Assembly: GCA_965207415.1 (NCBI GenBank) | Contig: CBDBMD010000003.1 | Coordinates: 1,062,028 to 1,126,027 of the forward strand | Source of the DNA: Dehalococcoidia bacterium | Lineage (GTDB): Bacteria; Chloroflexota; Dehalococcoidia; UBA2979 | Direction: 5' to 3' | Length of the DNA stretch: 64,000 bases | Shown: in pieces, positions 59,435 through 64,000 of the stretch | Layout of the letters: each line of letters begins with the position of its first letter | Position numbering within the stretch: position 1 is the stretch's first letter | The notes under the pieces: model-generated | The model's database searches: none | What the model was told of the DNA's origin: nothing | The model's input: the letters and a program-made list of their open reading frames with translations, nothing else | Translations under genes and position numbers: made by a program

Positions 59435-59842
59435 ATGCGCGCGACGAGCGAGCGAGCCGTGGCGGAGCCCATGCCCAACCAGTACGTGGCGACCGACACC
59501 AGCACCGGCCTCGAGGTCACGGTCACGGGCGAGTTCCCCGAGGATCCCGAGGACCGTGTCCGCATCGCCCGTACCTCGACGCTGTTCACGCGCCTGATGG
59601 CGACGATTCTGGCGATGGAGGACGCAACGCCGCGCCGCGAGGGCTTCCGCGCCGTCGAGACGCAGTTGGAGATTGCCGACGCGCTGCTGCGCCGCGAGAT
59701 GGACGAAGTGCAGCGCCTGATCCGCGACACGCTCTCCTCGATGGGCATCACCGAGGACCACCTCGGCGAGATCGAGGCGGAGCTGCGCCGCCAGCTCGGC
59801 CAGCTCGACGACAAGGAGGACGAACCTCCGGCGCTTGCGTAG
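59435..59842 (+). CDS. Hypothetical protein (135 aa, acidic, predicted helical)
   Basis: Open frame with G/C-rich third codon positions. No family recognised. An alternative start is at 59471. Confidence 0.4.
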   Translation: MRATSERAVAEPMPNQYVATDTSTGLEVTVTGEFPEDPEDRVRIARTSTLFTRLMATILAMEDATPRREGFRAVETQLEIADALLRREMDEVQRLIRDTLSSMGITEDHLGEIEAELRRQLGQLDDKEDEPPALA

Positions 59843-59889
59843 CCGCTCCCCGCGCTGGCGCCGCCGGGGGCACGGCGCTACGATGGCAA

Positions 59890-59903
59890 CGAACGCCCAT
59901 TCG
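59890..59903 (+). promoter_or_regulatory. Candidate SOS (LexA/Cheo-type) box CGAACGCCCATTCG upstream of uvrA
   Basis: Matches CGAAC-N4-GTTCG at 13 of 14 positions. It lies about 60 nt upstream of the inferred uvrA start. uvrA is a canonical SOS-regulated gene. Confidence 0.35.
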
Positions 59904-59965
59904 AACCGCCGAGGGGCGCCGTCCCCCGCTCACGACGCCCTCCCCCACCACGATCGAGGTGGACT

Positions 59966-62941
59966 CTGCCGACCGACCGCATCGCCGTCACCGGGGCTCG
60001 CGAGCACAATCTCAAGAACATCTCCGTCGAGATTCCTCGTGACCGCCTCGTCGTCATCACCGGGCTCAGCGGCTCCGGCAAGTCCTCGCTCGCCTTCGAC
60101 ACGATCTACGCTGAGGGGCAGCGGCGTTATGTAGAGTCTCTCTCCGCCTACGCCCGCCAGTTCCTCGGGCTGATGGAGAAGCCGGACGTCGATTACATCG
60201 ACGGTCTCTCGCCCGCCATCTCAATCGACCAGAAGGGCGTCTCGAAGAACCCGCGCTCGACGGTCGCGACCGTGACCGAGATCTACGACTATCTGCGGCT
60301 GCTCTTCGCGCGCGTCGGTGTCCCCTACTGCCCGCACTGCGGCCAGGTGATCCGCCGCCAGACGATCCAGCAGATCGTCGACGCGATCCTCGCCGAGCCG
60401 CCCGGCACGCGCGCGATGCTGCTCGCCCCCGTCGTGCAACACCGCCGCGGGCTGCACGAGCAGGTCTTCGAGGCCGTACGCCGCGCCGGCTTCGTGCGCG
60501 TGCGCGTCGACGGCGTTGTCCGCGATGTCGAGGAGCAGTTCGACCTCGAGCGCTACGAGTGGCACGACATCGACGTCGTCGTCGACCGCCTCGTCACTCC
60601 CGAGGCCGGCGCCGAGGACGCGGAGGCGACGCGGCAGCGCATCTCCGACTCCGTCGAGCAGGCGCTGAAGCTCGGCGAGGGCGTCCTGCTGTTCGCGCCG
60701 GAAGACCGTCCGGAGGAGACCTTCAGCGAGCACTTCGCCTGCCCGAACACGACGCATCCGCCCTACTCGGTGGGCGAGATCGAGCCGCGCAATTTCTCCT
60801 TCAACAGCCCGCACGGCGCCTGCGCGACCTGCACCGGCCTCGGCCTGCGCATGGAGCTGGACAGCGAGTTGGTCGTGCCCAATCCGAAGCTGACGATCAA
60901 CGAGGGCGCGATCCTGCCCTACCAGCGGCTCAGCACGACGCTGAGCTGGTATCGCCGCCGCCTCGAGGCGCTCGCGCGCGCCTACGGCTTCGACCTCGAC
61001 ACGCCGCTCGAGCAGCTGGACGACCGCCAGTGGGCGGCGCTGATGGACGGTGCGGACGGACGCATCCAGGTCTCCTACCGCACGCGCGGCGGCCGCGACC
61101 GCGACTACGCGATCGCCTGGGAGGGCGTGCTGCCCAACCTCGAGCGCCGCTACCGCGAGACCGAGTCCGACTGGGTGCGCAACGACCTCGAACGCTACAT
61201 GGTCGCCGCGCCCTGCCCGGACTGCCGCGGCGCGCGGCTCAAGCCGGAGATGCTCGCCGTCTCCGTCGACGGCCGCTCGATCGCCGAGGCCGTCCGCGAC
61301 TCGGTCGGTGACGCGCTCGCCTGGGTCGAACGGCTGCGCGCGGAGGACTCGCCGCTCTCGGCGCGCGAGCGCCAGATCGCGCACCAGATCCTGCAGGAGA
61401 TCGAGAACCGCCTGGTCTTCCTGCGCGACGTGGGTCTGCAATACCTCACGCTCGACCGCGCCTCGGGGACGCTCTCGGGCGGCGAGGGGCAGCGCATCCG
61501 GCTGGCGACGCAGATCGGCTCGGCGCTGATGGGCGTGCTCTACGTCTGTGACGAGCCCTCGATCGGCCTCCACGCCGTCGACAACCAGCGGCTGATCCGC
61601 ACGCTCACGCGGCTGCGCGACCTCGGCAACACCGTGCTCGTCGTCGAGCACGACGAGGCGATGATGCTCGCCGCCGACCACCTGATCGACCTCGGCCCCG
61701 GCGCGGGCGAGCACGGCGGCGAGGTGGTGGCGGCCGGTACGCCGCAGCAGGTGATGCGCAACCGCAAGTCGATTACCGCGCAGTACCTCTCCGGCAAGCG
61801 CACCATCCCGATGCCCGAGACGCGCCGCGAGGGCAACGGCGAGGCGCTGGTCGTGCGCGGCGCGAGCGCCCACAACCTCAAGGAACTCGATGTCGCGTTC
61901 CCGCTTGGCAAGCTGATCTGCGTGACCGGCGTCTCCGGCTCCGGCAAGTCGACGCTGGTCAACGAGATCCTCGCGAAGCGTCTCGCGCACGACCTGCACC
62001 GCGCGCGCGAGCGTGCCGGCGCGCACCGCAGCATCGAGGGCCTCACGCACGTCGACAAGGCGGTCGTGATCGACCAGTCACCGATCGGGCGCACGCCGCG
62101 ATCGAATCCCGCGACCTACACGGGGCTGTTCACGGTGGTGCGCGAGCTGTTCGCGACCGTGCCGGAGTCGCGGGCGCGCGGTTACAAGCCGGGCCGCTTC
62201 TCCTTCAATGTGAAGGGCGGCCGTTGCGAGGCCTGCAAGGGCGACGGCTACAACCAGATCGAGATGCAGTTCCTGCCCGACGTGACCGTGCCCTGCGAGG
62301 TCTGCCGGGGCGACCGCTACAACCGCGAGGCCCTCGAGATCCGCTTCCGCGGCAAGACCATCGCCGAGGTGCTGCGCATGACCGTGACGGAGGCGCTCGA
62401 GTTCTTCGACGCCTTCCCGCGCGCGAAGCGCAAGCTGGAGACGCTGCACGCCGTCGGCCTCGGCTACATCCGGCTCGGCCAGCCGGCGACCACGCTCTCC
62501 GGCGGCGAGGCGCAGCGCGTCAAGCTCGCCACCGAGCTCTCGAGGCGCGCCACCGGCCGCACGGTCTACATCCTCGACGAACCGACGACGGGCCTCTCCT
62601 TCGCGGACATCGAGGCGCTGCTGGGCGTACTGCAGCGGCTGGTGGACCAGGGCAACACGGTGATCGTCATCGAGCACCAGCTGGACGTGATCAAGAACGC
62701 CGACTGGCTCATCGACCTCGGCCCGGAGGGTGGGGAGCGCGGTGGCGAGCTGCTCGCCGAGGGCCCCCCGGAGCGCGTCGCCGCCGTCGACGCCTCGGCG
62801 ACGGGCCGCTTCCTGCGCGCTGCGCTCGCGCAGCACGGCGTGGAGCCCGAGGACGGCGTGGCGCCCTCGGACAACGGCGCGAAGCCGCGCGCCGCCTCAC
62901 GCAAGCGCAAGCGAGCGCCGAAGGCCGCGGCGCGGGCGTAG
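59966..62941 (+). CDS. uvrA: Excinuclease ABC subunit A
   Basis: Both ABC modules and the zinc fingers are present. The N-terminus [17 protein letters not shown]...[16 protein letters not shown] (Walker A) is encoded in frame from about 59966, with a GAGGTG Shine-Dalgarno sequence just upstream. The first ATG/GTG/TTG is at 60173, which would delete Walker A. Probable CTG start at 59966. Confidence 0.9.
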   Translation: MPTDRIAVTGAREHNLKNISVEIPRDRLVVITGLSGSGKSSLAFDTIYAEGQRRYVESLSAYARQFLGLMEKPDVDYIDGLSPAISIDQKGVSKNPRSTVATVTEIYDYLRLLFARVGVPYCPHCGQVIRRQTIQQIVDAILAEPPGTRAMLLAPVVQHRRGLHEQVFEAVRRAGFVRVRVDGVVRDVEEQFDLERYEWHDIDVVVDRLVTPEAGAEDAEATRQRISDSVEQALKLGEGVLLFAPEDRPEETFSEHFACPNTTHPPYSVGEIEPRNFSFNSPHGACATCTGLGLRMELDSELVVPNPKLTINEGAILPYQRLSTTLSWYRRRLEALARAYGFDLDTPLEQLDDRQWAALMDGADGRIQVSYRTRGGRDRDYAIAWEGVLPNLERRYRETESDWVRNDLERYMVAAPCPDCRGARLKPEMLAVSVDGRSIAEAVRDSVGDALAWVERLRAEDSPLSARERQIAHQILQEIENRLVFLRDVGLQYLTLDRASGTLSGGEGQRIRLATQIGSALMGVLYVCDEPSIGLHAVDNQRLIRTLTRLRDLGNTVLVVEHDEAMMLAADHLIDLGPGAGEHGGEVVAAGTPQQVMRNRKSITAQYLSGKRTIPMPETRREGNGEALVVRGASAHNLKELDVAFPLGKLICVTGVSGSGKSTLVNEILAKRLAHDLHRARERAGAHRSIEGLTHVDKAVVIDQSPIGRTPRSNPATYTGLFTVVRELFATVPESRARGYKPGRFSFNVKGGRCEACKGDGYNQIEMQFLPDVTVPCEVCRGDRYNREALEIRFRGKTIAEVLRMTVTEALEFFDAFPRAKRKLETLHAVGLGYIRLGQPATTLSGGEAQRVKLATELSRRATGRTVYILDEPTTGLSFADIEALLGVLQRLVDQGNTVIVIEHQLDVIKNADWLIDLGPEGGERGGELLAEGPPERVAAVDASATGRFLRAALAQHGVEPEDGVAPSDNGAKPRAASRKRKRAPKAAARA

Positions 62942-62963
62942 GGGGCTGCTCAGGCCTCGGGCG

Positions 62964-63476
62964 CTACCAGAACTTCCACCAGGGCTTGCCGCCGCTCGCT
63001 ACCGGCTCGTTCGCCGCCGCTTGCCGGGCGAGCTCGGCCGCGTGCTCGACGGCCTCCTGGCTGGCGCGCGGCACATTCGCGACGAGGCGCGGGATCAACT
63101 CGAAGAGCACGTCCATGTCCTCCGGCGTGAGCCGGTCGCGCGCGACCGTGTGCACAAGGGCCGCGCGGTGCATCGCTATCCCGCCCGGCACGCGCTCGAA
63201 CGCCTTGTTGTAGGCGCTCGCCACGTCCTGCGCTCCCGGGAGGTTGTCCTCGGCGAGGCTCAACCACGAGCGCAGGCGGCTCTCCGTGAAGTCGGCCAGC
63301 GCCTCATCGCCGAGCGCATACTCGGCGAGGATCATCGACTGGGCCTGCTGCTCGCGCGCAGGCTGGTCGAGGGCGGCCAACGCATCGAAGCGCTCCCGCA
63401 TCTCGGTGACTCGCGCTGACGCTTCGGTCTCGCTGAGAGCGGACCATGTCGTGTCCGCTTGCACCTCGTTCGTCAT
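62964..63476 (-). CDS. Hypothetical protein (170 aa)
   Basis: Start taken at the internal ATG at 63476 (MTNEVQADTTWS...). G/C-rich third codon positions. Ends ...PWWKFW. No family recognised. The ORF extends to 63779. Confidence 0.45.
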   Translation of the reverse strand: MTNEVQADTTWSALSETEASARVTEMRERFDALAALDQPAREQQAQSMILAEYALGDEALADFTESRLRSWLSLAEDNLPGAQDVASAYNKAFERVPGGIAMHRAALVHTVARDRLTPEDMDVLFELIPRLVANVPRASQEAVEHAAELARQAAANEPVASGGKPWWKFW

Positions 63477-63558
63477 CGCTCTCCCCTCTCGCGTCTCGCG
63501 CGGGCGAAGCGCTGTACGCTGGCACAGGCGCTGCCGCCTGCAAATTGAACGGTGTTCA

Positions 63559-64000
63559 TGACTACCATACGCCTTCAGCCACACGATGCGCGGCTTGCCG
63601 CCCTGGCCGTCGTCTACCACCTCGGGCGGCCGGGCTCGGAGTTGGACGCGGCGACGCTGCAACCGCACGAGGCCGGACTGGGTCCGCTGCAGCCGGTCAT
63701 CGACGATCAACTCGGCCTCGCGGTGACAACGATCGATGTCACGCCCTACCAGCTCTCGCGACTCGGCGAGGCGCTGCACGGCACCGTCAACGAGCTCAAG
63801 CAGTACGAGCTGAGCGAGGGCCGCTCGGTCGTGCCCGGCTTCGCCGCGGCGTTCGCGCGCCTCTTCCCCGACCTCGCGGCCGAGGAGGGCGGGGCGCTCG
63901 ACCTCGCCTCGCAGGGGGTGATGCTGCGGCGCCGTCTCGATGCCGCCGTCCGCGGGGCGGCCGCGCAGGTGGAGGCCGAGCGCGCCGCCGAGGCAGAGCG
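63559..64000 (+). CDS. Hypothetical protein (3'-truncated by window edge)
   Basis: ATG at 63559 (MTTIRLQPHDARLAALAVVYHLGRPG...), open to the window end. Confidence 0.35.

Noticed and set aside
60221-62836. 609-aa and 252-aa minus-strand ORFs inside uvrA
   Set aside because: Antisense to uvrA, one of the most conserved proteins in the window.

Overview
This is a high-GC (about 70%) bacterial chromosomal window, gene-dense on both strands. It is mostly core housekeeping with one metabolic accessory block, and no mobile elements, CRISPR, rRNA or tRNA were seen.

Gene order along the window:
- 1..2989: TatD (5' partial), a polyprenyl diphosphate synthase, an FmdB zinc-ribbon protein, and recO.
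- 3000..9376: a minus-strand ABC uptake operon in the order permease, permease, substrate-binding protein (SBP), SBP. The two SBP genes are tandem 2.2-kb duplicates, and no ATPase gene is present in the locus.
- 9503..12665: recR and dnaX on the minus strand, then a divergent ybeY.
- 12700..13372: a roughly 670-bp array of GC-rich palindromic repeat units.
- 13373..22787: a complex-I-type nuo operon encoding only NuoA, C, D, H, J, K, L, M and N plus one small inserted ORF. There is no room for nuoB, nuoI or nuoEFG.
- 22912..25000: an overlapping GNAT, NUDIX and HEAT-repeat gene trio.
- 25051..32688: gpsA, plsY, der, cdaR, cdaA, argF and an amidase, all on the minus strand.
- 32790..41224: a small hypothetical gene, comEA, comEC, rph, a HIT-family gene, a DUF1015 gene, serA and a class V aminotransferase.
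- 41296..47342: a small secreted-type ORF, a plant-type LRR lipoprotein, mutS2 and selA.
- 47498..59345: a block suggesting 4-hydroxyacyl-CoA and F420-dependent acyl metabolism. It contains an acyl-CoA dehydrogenase (ACAD) translationally coupled to an APH-like kinase, a PRTase::GTP-cyclohydrolase-I fusion, an acyl-CoA ligase, a nitroreductase, a cupin, three LLM oxidoreductases, two PaaI thioesterases and a MaoC dehydratase.
- 59435..64000: a hypothetical gene, uvrA preceded by a candidate SOS box, and two further hypothetical genes.

Three genes (DUF1015, mutS2, uvrA) have conserved N-termini encoded upstream of any ATG, GTG or TTG, which suggests CTG or ATC initiation or sequence errors.

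Many long antisense ORFs in the six-frame track are GC artefacts and are not reported. Coordinates may be off by 1 nt in places, because my manual indexing and the ORF track disagreed at two loci.
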